Positions 20,680 through 30,224 of a DNA stretch of 64,000 nucleotides are shown here, in pieces. The notes beneath the pieces were generated by a model. The model saw only the letters and a list, made by a program, of their open reading frames with translations, had not been told where the DNA came from and made no database searches. Made by a program: the position numbers and the translations under genes. The DNA comes from an uncultured Thermoleophilia bacterium (GTDB taxonomy: Bacteria; Actinomycetota; Thermoleophilia; UBA2241), in the NCBI GenBank assembly GCA_963700035.1, contig CAVOWE010000021.1, positions 47,441 to 111,440 of the forward strand, given 5' to 3'. Position 1 is the stretch's first letter. Each line of letters opens with the position of its first letter.

Positions 20680-21438
20680 ATGAAGATGCTGACCTTGGAT
20701 ACTCCGTTCGCCGTGTTCTCCGATGTGCACGGCAACCTGCCGGCGCTCGAAGCCGTCCTCGCGGATCTCGAGAGCCGCGGCGTGCCGACAACGATCTGTC
20801 TCGGCGACCTCGTCGGCTACGGACCGTATCCCAACGAGGTCGCACGGCTGGTGCGCGACCGCGGCATTCCCTGCCTGATGGGCAACTACGATCAGGGCAT
20901 CGGTTTCGCCACCGGCGACTGCGGGTGCGTCTACAAGACAGACGAGCAGCGCGCCGAGGGTGCAGTCTCGCTGGCCTGGACCGAGGCGGTCACGGCCGAC
21001 GATGTGCGGGCCTATCTGCGCACCCTCGAAGACCACTTCGTCCTCGCGGCGCCGGGCGGCGAGCTGCTCGCCGTGCACGGCAGCCCACGGCGCATCAACG
21101 AGTACCTCTTTGAAGACCGGCCCGAGTCGGCGATGGCGCGCATGGCCGAAGAGAACCCCTACCGCGCCATCCTCTTCGGCCACACGCACCTGCCGTATGC
21201 GCGTCGCGTCGCGCGTCCCGGCGGGGCGACGCTCTTCGTGAACGTGGGCAGCGCGGGCCGCCCCAAGGACGGCGACTGGCGGCCCTGCTACGCGATCGTG
21301 GACCCGAGCCGGCTCGACGAGAGTGGGGCCGGCGTCGAGTTCGTGCGCGTCTCCTACGACCACGAGCGTCTGCGGGCTGCCTTGGCCGCCACGTCGCTGG
21401 TCACGACGTTCGATGGTCCCCAGGAGGCCGGCTCATGA
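20680..21438 (+). CDS. Metallophosphoesterase (YfcE/MJ0936-like)
   Basis: It carries the motifs [17 protein letters not shown] and GHTH. Its stop overlaps the ACR3 ATG as ATGA. Confidence 0.8.
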   Translation: MKMLTLDTPFAVFSDVHGNLPALEAVLADLESRGVPTTICLGDLVGYGPYPNEVARLVRDRGIPCLMGNYDQGIGFATGDCGCVYKTDEQRAEGAVSLAWTEAVTADDVRAYLRTLEDHFVLAAPGGELLAVHGSPRRINEYLFEDRPESAMARMAEENPYRAILFGHTHLPYARRVARPGGATLFVNVGSAGRPKDGDWRPCYAIVDPSRLDESGAGVEFVRVSYDHERLRAALAATSLVTTFDGPQEAGS

Positions 21439-22535
21439 GGCGCCTTTCGTTCCTCGATCGGTATCTGACGCTCTGGATCTTCCTCGCCATGTTCGCGGGG
21501 GTCGGCCTGGGTTGGCTGTTCGAAGGCATTCCGTCGTTCATCGATCGCTTCAGCATCGGCACCACCAACGTACCCATCGCCGTCGGCTTGATCGTGATGA
21601 TGTATCCGCCGCTGGCCAAGGTGCGGTACGAGGAGCTCGGCGACGTGTTCCGCGACTACAAGATCCTCGGGCTGTCGCTGGTCCAGAACTGGCTGATCGG
21701 CCCGTGGGTGATGTTCTTCCTCGCGATCATCTTCCTGCACGACTACCCGGAGTACATGGTCGGGCTCATCATGATGGGCCTGGCGCGCTGCATCGCCATG
21801 GTGATCGTCTGGAACCAGCTGGCCCGCGGAGATACGGAGTACGCCGCGGGCCTCGTCGCCTTCAACAGCGTCTTCCAGGTGCTGTTCTACAGCGTGTTCG
21901 CCTGGTTCTTCGTGACCGTGCTGCCGCCCCTGTTCGGGCTCGAAGGCGCGGCCGTCGACGTGAGCATCGGGCAGATCGCGAGGAGCGTCTTCATCTATCT
22001 CGGCATCCCGTTCATCGCCGGCATGATCACCCGCTTCGTCGGGCTGAGAACGAAGGGGCGGGAGTGGTACGAGAAGCGCTTCATCCCGCGCATCAGCCCG
22101 CTCACGCTCATCGCGCTGTTGTTCACGATCTTCGTCATGTTCAGCCTCAAGGGCGACCTCATCGTGCAATTGCCGCTCGACGTCGTGCGCATCGCCGTGC
22201 CGCTGCTGCTCTACTTCTTGATCATGTTCTTCGTGAGCTTCTACTTCGGGCGCAAGATCGGCGCCGACTACTCCAAGACCGCGACACTGTCGTTCACCGC
22301 CGCGAGCAACAACTTCGAGCTCGCGATCGCCGTCAGCGTCTCCGTCTTCGGCCTGAACTCAGGCGAAGCCTTCGCGAGCGTGATCGGGCCTCTTGTGGAG
22401 GTACCCGTGCTCATCGGTCTCGTGAGCGTGGCCATCTGGCTCGGGCGCAGGTACTGGGGATTGACCGACGAGCCGGTGCCGGCGGCGGTGGCCGCCGGCC
22501 GCGACGAGGTCGGCTGCGACCCCCTTTCAGAGTGA
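21435..22535 (+). CDS. acr3: ACR3-family arsenite efflux transporter
   Basis: The hallmark segments are [19 protein letters not shown] and [13 protein letters not shown]. It is a polytopic membrane protein. Confidence 0.9.
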   Translation: MRRLSFLDRYLTLWIFLAMFAGVGLGWLFEGIPSFIDRFSIGTTNVPIAVGLIVMMYPPLAKVRYEELGDVFRDYKILGLSLVQNWLIGPWVMFFLAIIFLHDYPEYMVGLIMMGLARCIAMVIVWNQLARGDTEYAAGLVAFNSVFQVLFYSVFAWFFVTVLPPLFGLEGAAVDVSIGQIARSVFIYLGIPFIAGMITRFVGLRTKGREWYEKRFIPRISPLTLIALLFTIFVMFSLKGDLIVQLPLDVVRIAVPLLLYFLIMFFVSFYFGRKIGADYSKTATLSFTAASNNFELAIAVSVSVFGLNSGEAFASVIGPLVEVPVLIGLVSVAIWLGRRYWGLTDEPVPAAVAAGRDEVGCDPLSE

Positions 22536-22570
22536 CCGCGCGCGGCGCGGCTCATGGCGAAGGAGACAAC

Positions 22571-22828
22571 GTGACGACGAAGCCGACGAAACCGGTGGGG
22601 ACCATCATCGAGTGGGGCCCGACGATAGACGCCGCGGCATGCACGGGCTGCGGCGCCTGCATCGAGTTCTGCCACAACGACGTCTTCGCCTGGGCGGACG
22701 AGAAGGTGATCGTCGCTCACAAGAACCACTGCGTCGCCGGCTGCTCGCACTGCGCGACGCTGTGCGAGGCCGGCGCCATCTCGTTCCCGACCCTCGAGGA
22801 CCTGCGGCGGGCCCGGCGGGGCGGCTGA
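22571..22828 (+). CDS. Small 4Fe-4S ferredoxin-like protein
   Basis: The start is GTG 22571, downstream of GAAGGAGA. The Cys motifs are CTGCGACIEFC and CVAGCSHCATLC. Confidence 0.65.
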   Translation: MTTKPTKPVGTIIEWGPTIDAAACTGCGACIEFCHNDVFAWADEKVIVAHKNHCVAGCSHCATLCEAGAISFPTLEDLRRARRGG

Positions 22829-22856
22829 GCTCGGTCCCACGGCCGCGCCGCGCCGG

Positions 22857-23372
22857 TCAGCCGCTCTGGCCCATCTCGTGCTCGAGGTCTTCCTTGGCGT
22901 TGACCATGGCCTGCTTGAACTGCATGGGCTTGCGGATCTGCTTGAGGTAGCTGATGCCCGCGCCCGCCGCGGCGGTGAGCACCTCGATGTCGCCGTAGCC
23001 GAGCAGGCGCCCGAACAGGCCCTGCCTGAGCACCACGTCGGTGAGCTTCTCCAGCGACGAGTCGGCGACCGTCTTGTTGACCACCCCGGTGGCCTCGACG
23101 ACGCGCCGGTTGGTGAGCGCGTACACGTTCATGCGCCACGAGATGAAGCCCCAGACGATGCGGAACGCCGGCACGACGAAGAGGATGAACAGCCAGTTGA
23201 CCCACGACCATCCGGGCTGCCAGCTCTTCAGCAGGACGATGACCACGAGCACCGCGACGGCGAAGAGGATCCACTTGATCATCTCGGCGATGGGGAAGAT
23301 CCAGTGGTGACGCTCGGTGTAGACGATCTTCTCGTTGTCTCCCAGCTGCTGCCTCAGGTACTCGATGCTCAC
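22857..23372 (-). CDS. Membrane PH-domain (bPH_2/YdbT-like) protein
   Basis: The start is GTG 23372, with GAGGGAGG 4 nt upstream. Two TM spans are followed by ALTNRRVVEATGVVNK. The rest of the 653-aa tracked ORF is antisense to the neighbouring gene. Confidence 0.65.
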   Translation of the reverse strand: MSIEYLRQQLGDNEKIVYTERHHWIFPIAEMIKWILFAVAVLVVIVLLKSWQPGWSWVNWLFILFVVPAFRIVWGFISWRMNVYALTNRRVVEATGVVNKTVADSSLEKLTDVVLRQGLFGRLLGYGDIEVLTAAAGAGISYLKQIRKPMQFKQAMVNAKEDLEHEMGQSG

Positions 23373-23561
23373 GGAACCTCCCTCGCCGTCGTGTCGGCAG
23401 CAACCTACCACGAAGGCCGGGCAGCGTAACGCGGGGAGAGCGGCGGGCGGGAGGCACGGCCGGCCGGCGCGCGAGGGGCGGCGGGGAGGGCGGGGAGGCC
23501 CGCCCGCCGCCCTCGTCGTATACTGGGGGACGAACGCGACAGCCACCCAGGGGGTCCACGC

Positions 23562-24863
23562 GTGACGCTTCGCCCTTCTCACACTCTCCCATACAGGCTC
23601 AGAAGGCCCGGCCGCATGCTCCTCGTCGCCGGGCTCACCGTTCTCATCGGCCTCGCGATGGCGGCGGCGCGGCCGCAGGCTTCCGCCGCCGCCGGCGCGG
23701 CCTCCATCAGCGCGTACCGCGGCCTCGGCACCTGGGTCGACATGTACGATCCGCGGGCCTGGAACGATCCGGCCGCGGCGGTCCAGGACATGGCCTCTCA
23801 CGGCGTGCGCACGCTGTACATCGAGACGGCCAACTACCACAACCCGGCGTCGGCGTCCCTGTTCAAGCCGGCCGCGCTGACCACCTTCATCCAGCAGTGT
23901 CACGCGCGCCAGATCAAGATCGTGGCCTGGTACCTGCCGGGCTTCAAGGACCTCGCCAAGGACTACAGGCGCACCATGGCGGCCATCGAGTTCCGCACGC
24001 CCGACGGCCAGAAGTTCGACTCGTTCGCCCTCGACATCGAGGACAGCACCGTCAAACCGGCCGGCACGCGCAGCGCCCGCCTCAAGACCCTCTCGGCGAA
24101 GATCCGCAAGGCCGTGGGCAAGACCTATCCTCTCGGCGGCATCATCCCCTCGCCGGCCGGCATGAAGATCAACTCGAGCTACTGGCCGGACTTCCCCTAC
24201 AAGGACGTCGCCGCCGTCTACGACGTCATCGTGGCGATGGGCTACTACACCTATCACGGCGACGGCTACGCGCACGCCTACAACGAGACCCGTGAGAACG
24301 TGAGCATCGTGCGCGAGCAGACCGGCCGGCCCACGATCCCCATCCACGTGATCGCCGGCGTCGGGGACAAGTCGTCGGGCAGCGAGACCACCGCCTTCGT
24401 GCGCGCCCTCCGCGAGACCGGGTGCCTCGGCGGCAGCATGTACGACTGGTCGACCACGAACGACGCCGACTGGCGGCCGCTGGCGAACGTGCGCTTCAAC
24501 AAGATCCAGACGCCGGCGCTCCCCAGGGACGTCGGCTACGCCGCGCCCCTGGGCAACTGCCCCGGCGATACGTCGCACCCCAAGGAGGTCTTCTACCAGG
24601 CGCTGAAGCAGAACGGCCAAAGGATCCTGCACTTCCGCCTCTGGGACGTGCAGACCGACGAGGTCAGGCTCCTCGTGAACTGGCAGGACGGCGGCGCGCT
24701 GGACCGCGGTCCCAAGGGGAAATGGAGCGGCGTGCGGTCCATCGCCATCCCGGCGAGCATGCTGAACGCCAAGGGCCGCAACGTGATCGGCTTCGTGGCG
24801 CGCGGCGACGCGCCGCACTGGCAGCGCTGGGGCGTGCGCGACGTCACCCTCGTCAAGCCGTGA
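23562..24863 (+). CDS. Secreted protein, putative glycoside-hydrolase-like TIM barrel (function uncertain)
   Basis: An N-terminal signal-like TM segment is LLVAGLTVLIGLAMAAARPQASA. Segments such as RGLGTWVDMYD and IKIVAWYLPGF resemble the GHL/DUF187-type layout. Only the coding call is firm. Confidence 0.5.
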   Translation: MTLRPSHTLPYRLRRPGRMLLVAGLTVLIGLAMAAARPQASAAAGAASISAYRGLGTWVDMYDPRAWNDPAAAVQDMASHGVRTLYIETANYHNPASASLFKPAALTTFIQQCHARQIKIVAWYLPGFKDLAKDYRRTMAAIEFRTPDGQKFDSFALDIEDSTVKPAGTRSARLKTLSAKIRKAVGKTYPLGGIIPSPAGMKINSSYWPDFPYKDVAAVYDVIVAMGYYTYHGDGYAHAYNETRENVSIVREQTGRPTIPIHVIAGVGDKSSGSETTAFVRALRETGCLGGSMYDWSTTNDADWRPLANVRFNKIQTPALPRDVGYAAPLGNCPGDTSHPKEVFYQALKQNGQRILHFRLWDVQTDEVRLLVNWQDGGALDRGPKGKWSGVRSIAIPASMLNAKGRNVIGFVARGDAPHWQRWGVRDVTLVKP

Positions 24864-24876
24864 GGAGGATCACGCC

Positions 24877-25281
24877 ATGGAGATGAAGATCACGTTCCCA
24901 GGGAACCTCAAGGTGGATGCCGCGTACAAGGGATTCACCGTGGAGACCGACCAGCCGCCGAGCGGCGGCGGGGACGGCTCCGCGCCGGCGCCGTTCGACC
25001 TGTTCCTGGCGTCTCTGGGCACGTGCGCCGGCATCTTCATGCTCGCCTTCATGAAGCAGCGCGGCATCGATCCGGCGGGCAGCGGCATCGCCATGACCAC
25101 CGAGGCCGACGCGCAGAAGGGCATGATCGGGCGCATCGCCTTCGACCTGCGGCTGCCGGACGGCTTCCCCGAGAAGTACGAGCAGGCCATCGTGCGGGCG
25201 GTGGACCAGTGCACCGTGAAGCGTCACATCCAGGACCCTCCGGAGTTCGTGGTCAGGACGTCGCGGGCGCTGCCGGCCTGA
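24877..25281 (+). CDS. OsmC family protein
   Basis: GGAGGA lies upstream of the ATG. The two conserved Cys contexts are LASLGTCAGIF and VDQCTVKRHI. Confidence 0.8.
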   Translation: MEMKITFPGNLKVDAAYKGFTVETDQPPSGGGDGSAPAPFDLFLASLGTCAGIFMLAFMKQRGIDPAGSGIAMTTEADAQKGMIGRIAFDLRLPDGFPEKYEQAIVRAVDQCTVKRHIQDPPEFVVRTSRALPA

Positions 25282-25305
25282 GACGTCGCGGGCGCTGCCG
25301 GCCTG
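25257..25305 (+). repeat. Tandem duplication of a 24-nt unit spanning the OsmC stop codon
   Basis: GACGTCGCGGGCGCTGCCGGCCTG occurs at 25257-25280 and again at 25282-25305, separated by a single A. Confidence 0.9.
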
Positions 25306-25335
25306 GGCCGTTCCGCGTCTGGTAGCATCTGCGGC

Positions 25336-26142
25336 ATGGACGCCGCGCCGCTCGTGATCGGCATCGACATCGCCGCCAGCCGCCCTTGCGTGGCCGTGGC
25401 CGTGCGCTGCGGGCGGACGCTCGACGTGATGGAGTGGCGCGAGGCCGACGAGCGCGAACCCGGCGACCGGGGACGGCTGCTCGAGTGGGTCAGCGCGCAA
25501 AGGCCGGCCGTCGTCGGCGTCGACGCTCCGCAACGGCCCAAGCGGGCGCTTCCCGGAGGAGCGCCGCATTCACGCGTCTGCGACGCCGAGTTGCTGCACC
25601 GGCGCATCTCCGTGTACCAGGTCCCCACGCGCGCGCAGGCGGAGGCAAAACGCGCGCCGGTACGCCTGGATGCACATCGGCTGGGCGTACTTCAAGGACC
25701 TCGGCCGGCGCGGCTACGAGCCGCCGAACCCGGGCGCGTTGCCCGGCGAGCTCGGTCAGGCGCCGGCCGTCCTCGAGGTGTATCCGCACGCCGGCTTCGT
25801 GACGCTGCTCGGAGGCACGCCGCCGCCCAAGAGCACGCGCGCGGGGCTGCGCCTGCGCGTGCTCGCCCTGCGGCGTCTGGGGCTGCAGTGGGACGACTAC
25901 TTCGACCACGACTCGCTCGACGCCCTCATGGCGGCGTTCACGGCCTGGCGCTTCGTCCAGGGCCGCGCGACGCCGCTCGGCGACGGGCGCGACGGCTCCA
26001 TCTGGCTGCCCGTCACCGCGCACGAGTTGCGCGACAAGTACGCGCCGCTCACCGTGCCGGCCGCGAAAGCGGCCCTGGCCGGTCTGCGGCGCGCGCTGCC
26101 CGTTCGGCGCGCGGTAGACGCGCGCCCGGCGCGCCTACATGA
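25336..26142 (+). pseudogene. DUF429-like (RNase-H-fold) protein, frame broken near 25648; 3' end uncertain
   Basis: The N-terminus is VIGIDIAASRPCVAVAV. The sequence continues as WMHIGWAYFKDLGRRGYEP...EVYPHAGF in the frame of ORF 25670-27241. That frame has no stop before hisG, so a second break is implied. Confidence 0.5.
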
Positions 26143-27004
26143 CGATCTTGTTGAGCGGGAACTCCACGATGCCCTCGGCCCCCGCCTCCTTGAGGCGCGG
26201 GATGATGCGGCGCACAACGCGCTCCTCGAGGATGGTGTTGACCGCCAGCCAGTTCTCGTCGCTGAGGTGCGAGATGGTGGGCTTGCGGAGCGCGGGCAGG
26301 ACGGCGAGGACGGCGTCCAGGTCCTCCACCCTGACGTTGAGCATGAGCCCGACCCTGTCGAGGGCCGCGATGGCGCCCTGGAGCAAGAGGGCGATGTCTT
26401 CGATCTTGCGACGCTTCTCTGGGTCCTGCCAGGCGTCGACGTTGGCGATGAACTGCGTCGTGGATTCCAGTACGGTCTCGACGACGCGCAGCTTGTTGGC
26501 GCGGAGCGACGAGCCGGTCTCGGTGACCTCGACGATGGCGTCGGCGAGCTCGGGCAACTTGGCCTCGGTGGCGCCCCAGCTGAACTCGATCCTGGCGCTC
26601 ACACCGCGTTCCGCCAGCCAGCGCCTGGTGACGCCGACGAGCTCGGTGGCCACGATCCTGCCCTCGAGGTCGGCCACCGTCTGGATATCCGACGCCTGCG
26701 GAACGGCCAGTACCCAGCGCACCTTGCCGAAGCTCTGCTTGGCGTAGACGAGGTCGCACACCGGGTGCACGGTGGCCTCGTTCTCGACGACCCAGTCGTA
26801 GCCGGTGAGGCCGCAGTCGAGGGCGCCGTCCTCCACGTAGCGCGCCATCTCCTGGGCGCGCAGCAGCATGCACTCTATCTCGGGGTCGTCGATGGCGGGG
26901 TAGTAGGAGCGTTGCGCCACGGTGATGAGAAACCCGGCGCGATGCATGAGGTCGAGGGTCGCCGCCTCGAGGCTTCCCTTCGGCAGACCCATCTTGAGTG
27001 TCAT
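26135..27004 (-). CDS. hisG: ATP phosphoribosyltransferase (long form)
   Basis: It runs from [20 protein letters not shown] to a C-terminal regulatory domain. The start is ATG 27004, and the tracked ORF is longer upstream. Confidence 0.9.
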   Translation of the reverse strand: MTLKMGLPKGSLEAATLDLMHRAGFLITVAQRSYYPAIDDPEIECMLLRAQEMARYVEDGALDCGLTGYDWVVENEATVHPVCDLVYAKQSFGKVRWVLAVPQASDIQTVADLEGRIVATELVGVTRRWLAERGVSARIEFSWGATEAKLPELADAIVEVTETGSSLRANKLRVVETVLESTTQFIANVDAWQDPEKRRKIEDIALLLQGAIAALDRVGLMLNVRVEDLDAVLAVLPALRKPTISHLSDENWLAVNTILEERVVRRIIPRLKEAGAEGIVEFPLNKIVM

Positions 27005-27142
27005 GGTCGCTCCCCGCGGTGGTGGTCGTCGTCCTTCGCGCCGTGTGGCGCGGGGGAGAGTGTACCGCAAGTGGATGGCACGGGGACGGCCTTGCCGTGG
27101 CGTTTCGCGCGCCCCTTGCCCCCGGCCGGCGCCCCGAGTAGG

Positions 27143-27177
27143 CTCGCCGCACGGCGCCGGAGGCGCCGTGCGGCGAG
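27143..27177. repeat. Perfect 16-bp inverted repeat (hairpin/palindrome) in the hisG-SBP divergent intergenic region
   Basis: The sequence is CTCGCCGCACGGCGCC-GGA-GGCGCCGTGCGGCGAG. There is no U-tract on either side. Confidence 0.9.
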
Positions 27178-27225
27178 CCCGGGGGGCGGCCGCCTCAGCT
27201 TGTCTGCGCATGAAGGGAAGGTCCT

Positions 27226-29067
27226 ATGTCTGCGCGCTTGATATCGCCGCCACGGTTCCTCGTCCTCCTGGTCTTCCTGCTCCTGGCCGCCGGCCTCGTG
27301 TGGGGGCTCGGCGGCGCCTTCGCCGCCGACCCCAGCGCCTCGCCCGGCGGCGAGAAGGTCATCCTGAAGGTCGGGTGGTCGCCCGAGATGGACAACCTCA
27401 ATCCCTTCGTCGGCCAGCAGCAGGCGTCGTACGAGCTCTGGCACATCAGCTACGACTTCCTCACCAACTACGGCGACCAGTACCTCGAGACCCAGCCGGG
27501 GCTCGCTGAGAGCTGGACGAGCAGCCCGGACGGTCTCACCTGGACCTTCAAGATCCGCTCGGGCGTGAAGTGGAGCGACGGTGAGCCGCTCACGGCGAAA
27601 GACATCGCCTTCACGTACAACTGGGAGATCAAGTTGGAGCTGACGGCCTTCCTCGCGGCGCTCGACGGCATCGAGAGCGCCAGCGCCCCGGACGACACGA
27701 CGCTCATCGTGAAGTGCTCTCGCCCCAAGGCGGACATCCTCTCCATGTGGTGCCCGATCCTCCCGGAGCACATCTGGAGCCAGTTCAAGACCGCCGACGA
27801 CGCCAAGAACTACCTCAACAAGCCGCCCATAGTCGGCTCCGGCCCATTCCAGGTGGTCGAGTGGCAGAAGGGCAAGTACGTGCGCTGCGTCGCCAACAAG
27901 CAGTACTGGGGCGGCACGCCGAAGGCCGACGAGGTCTTCTTCCAGCTGTACACCAACCAGGACACCCTGGCGCAGGACCTCAAGCTGGGGACCATCGACC
28001 TCGCCATCAACATCCCGCCGGCCCAGGTGAGTGCGCTGGACGGCGACCCCGATCTCGTGGCGGCGGGTTGCTCGCAGAAGCAGTTCGACTACCTCTGCTT
28101 CAACTGCTATGAGGGCCCGTCGCTCGGCAATCCCGTCCTGCGGGACCCCAAGTTCCGCCAGGCGCTCAACTGGGGCATCGACAAGACCAAGATGGCTGAG
28201 CTGGCCTACCAGGGGTACGCCGACCCCGGGACCTCGATCTTCGAGGTGGACTTCTACGACCCGAAGCTCGACTGGCACTGGCAGCCGCCGGCCGATGTGG
28301 AGTACCAGTTCGACCCGGCCAAGGCCAAGCAGCTCCTCGCCGACGCGGGCTACACCGACACCGACGGCGACGGCATCCTCAACGATCCCAACAACAGCGA
28401 CAAGAACATCACGCTCCGCGTCTGGTCGCGCACGCAATCGCCGCAGAGCCAGACCCAGGGCAAGCTCATCGCCGGGTGGTGGAAAGACCTCGGCCTCGAC
28501 ATCAAGTACTCGGTCGAGGACGAGAGCGTCCTGTACGACGCCGGCTGGAACTACGTCGGCGACACGTACAAGCCGGACTACGACGTGTGGATCTGGTTCT
28601 GGCAGCCGAGCGGCACCGACCCCGGTCGCCGGCTCGGCTACTTCCGCACGGCGCAGATCGAGAACCAGAACGACTGCTGCTGGTCCAACCCCGAGTACGA
28701 CAAGCTCTGGGATGAGCAGTCACAGGAGCTCGATGCGCAGAAGCGCAAGGAGATCGCCTACAAGATGCAGGAGATCCTGTATCGCGAGTCGCCCTACATC
28801 GTCCTCAGCTACGCGAAGCTGCTCGAGGGGTGGAACACGTCGCGCTGGGAGGGCTGGCAGCGCATCCCGCAGCCGAACGGCGCCATCGCCTTCATCAGCG
28901 ACAACGTGAGCAACTACTACAAGGTGGGTCCGAAGGTCGCGACGACGTCGAGCACGTCGAGCGGCACGAGCACCGGGCTCATCGTCGGCATCGTCATCGG
29001 AGTGCTCGTGGTCGGCGGCATCGTGGTGCTGCTCCTGCGGCGCCGGCCAAGAGCGGAAGAGCGCTGA
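27226..29067 (+). CDS. ABC transporter substrate-binding protein, family 5 (peptide/nickel type) with C-terminal TM anchor
   Basis: It has an N-terminal signal and a family-5 SBP layout. The C-terminus is a Ser/Thr linker followed by LIVGIVIGVLVVGGIVVLLLRRRP. Confidence 0.8.
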   Translation: MSARLISPPRFLVLLVFLLLAAGLVWGLGGAFAADPSASPGGEKVILKVGWSPEMDNLNPFVGQQQASYELWHISYDFLTNYGDQYLETQPGLAESWTSSPDGLTWTFKIRSGVKWSDGEPLTAKDIAFTYNWEIKLELTAFLAALDGIESASAPDDTTLIVKCSRPKADILSMWCPILPEHIWSQFKTADDAKNYLNKPPIVGSGPFQVVEWQKGKYVRCVANKQYWGGTPKADEVFFQLYTNQDTLAQDLKLGTIDLAINIPPAQVSALDGDPDLVAAGCSQKQFDYLCFNCYEGPSLGNPVLRDPKFRQALNWGIDKTKMAELAYQGYADPGTSIFEVDFYDPKLDWHWQPPADVEYQFDPAKAKQLLADAGYTDTDGDGILNDPNNSDKNITLRVWSRTQSPQSQTQGKLIAGWWKDLGLDIKYSVEDESVLYDAGWNYVGDTYKPDYDVWIWFWQPSGTDPGRRLGYFRTAQIENQNDCCWSNPEYDKLWDEQSQELDAQKRKEIAYKMQEILYRESPYIVLSYAKLLEGWNTSRWEGWQRIPQPNGAIAFISDNVSNYYKVGPKVATTSSTSSGTSTGLIVGIVIGVLVVGGIVVLLLRRRPRAEER

Positions 29068-29105
29068 GGCCGGCGCGGCCGCGGCCGCGAAGACAAGAGG
29101 GATGA

Positions 29106-29136
29106 GGGGGCGGGGCGCTCGCGGCGCCCCGCCCCC
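29106..29136. terminator. Bidirectional hairpin between convergent genes
   Basis: GGGGGCGGGGCGC-TCGCG-GCGCCCCGCCCCC forms a 13-bp stem, followed by TTCG. Confidence 0.5.
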
Positions 29137-29201
29137 TTCGCATGCGGCCTCGGCGTGAAGTGCGCCCGGCGGCGCTCCTCACGCTGACCCGGCTGCGTCG
29201 G

Positions 29202-30122
29202 TCATTCGGGGACGAGGGCCAGGAGCTCGCCGACCACGTCCTCGGCGTCGTTCTTGATCGGCGGGCGGCCGAGCGCCGCCAGGCGCTCGGGCAGGGCCTC
29301 GGGCCCCAGGGCGGCGCGCAGGACGGCGAGGGCGGCCGGCTCCATCGCCCTGTCGGCGCCGTCGACGATCTTGACCGAGAACCCTCGGCCATCGGGCAAC
29401 GACACGCAGCCGAGACCTTCGGCGCCGCTCTTGCTGGTCGACCCCGGCAGCGCCTCCATGATGATGGTGTCGAACCAGGTGGGGCCCTCGACGAGGACGG
29501 GATGCGCCCGCATCGCGGCGCTGATCTCGGGCAGCAGGTCGGGCATGAGCGCGAAGGTCGCGGCGGCGACGCTGACCGGGGTGGCGTAGCAGACGATGCC
29601 GCAGCCGTCGACGGCGGTGGGGATCTGCCGCGGGTCAAGGCCGACGCTGGCGGCGAACATCTGCAGAGCCGCCTCCTGCGCGGGGTGGCCGGGCTGCTGG
29701 TAGGTCGGGATGTCCCAGCCGTGATGCACGCTCGCGGCGAGGAAGCCGGTGTGGTTGCCGGAGCAGTTGTGCCGCGCCTTGAGCTCCGTATCGCAGCGCA
29801 GGTCGGCCTCGGAGAGGCCGAGGTCGGCCAGCATGCTGCGCACGAGGCCCGCTTGGAAGTCAAGGCCGTCGTGCGAGGCGCTCATGATGGCGAGCTGCTC
29901 GGCGCCCCAGCCGAAGTACTCCACCGTGCCGTCGGCGAGCCAGGCCTGCGCCTGGAACGGCTTGGCCGAGGAGCGCCAGAACGTGACCATGCCGGGATCG
30001 CCCCAGCGCTCGACGATCTCGCCATCGGGCCCTGCCAGCGCGGCCACCGCGTGGTGCACGCTCTCCACGGTCCCGCCGCGCCGCGCCTGGATGATGATCT
30101 CAGGATGCTGTCTCGAGGTCAT
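29202..30122 (-). CDS. Asparaginase (L-asparaginase II / PF06089-type)
   Basis: The start is ATG 30122 (MTSRQHPE). The family-like segments are RSSAKPFQA, HNCSGNHTGFLA and KSGAEGLGC. Confidence 0.7.
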   Translation of the reverse strand: MTSRQHPEIIIQARRGGTVESVHHAVAALAGPDGEIVERWGDPGMVTFWRSSAKPFQAQAWLADGTVEYFGWGAEQLAIMSASHDGLDFQAGLVRSMLADLGLSEADLRCDTELKARHNCSGNHTGFLAASVHHGWDIPTYQQPGHPAQEAALQMFAASVGLDPRQIPTAVDGCGIVCYATPVSVAAATFALMPDLLPEISAAMRAHPVLVEGPTWFDTIIMEALPGSTSKSGAEGLGCVSLPDGRGFSVKIVDGADRAMEPAALAVLRAALGPEALPERLAALGRPPIKNDAEDVVGELLALVPE

Positions 30123-30224
30123 GGCGCGAGTGTATCGCGAGCCGCCGGGCGCGGCATCCCTGCAGCCGGCGCACCCGGCGGGTGGCGGCTCGCGCCGCTG
30201 CGCGCACAGCGGTAGCATGCGCTC

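Noticed and set aside
23373-24818. The upstream 480 aa of the 653-aa - strand ORF 22857-24818.
   Set aside because: Only the last 171 aa (from GTG 23372, which has a GAGGGAGG RBS) look like a real PH-domain membrane protein. The rest is antisense to the secreted hydrolase-like gene and is Arg/Asp/Gly-rich.
27005-27211. The N-terminal extension of the hisG ORF, and a possible His-rich leader peptide upstream of hisG.
   Set aside because: The conserved HisG N-terminus begins at ATG 27004. The upstream stretch encodes only two adjacent His codons (gac gac gac cac cac). It has no start or stop context and no terminator/antiterminator pair.
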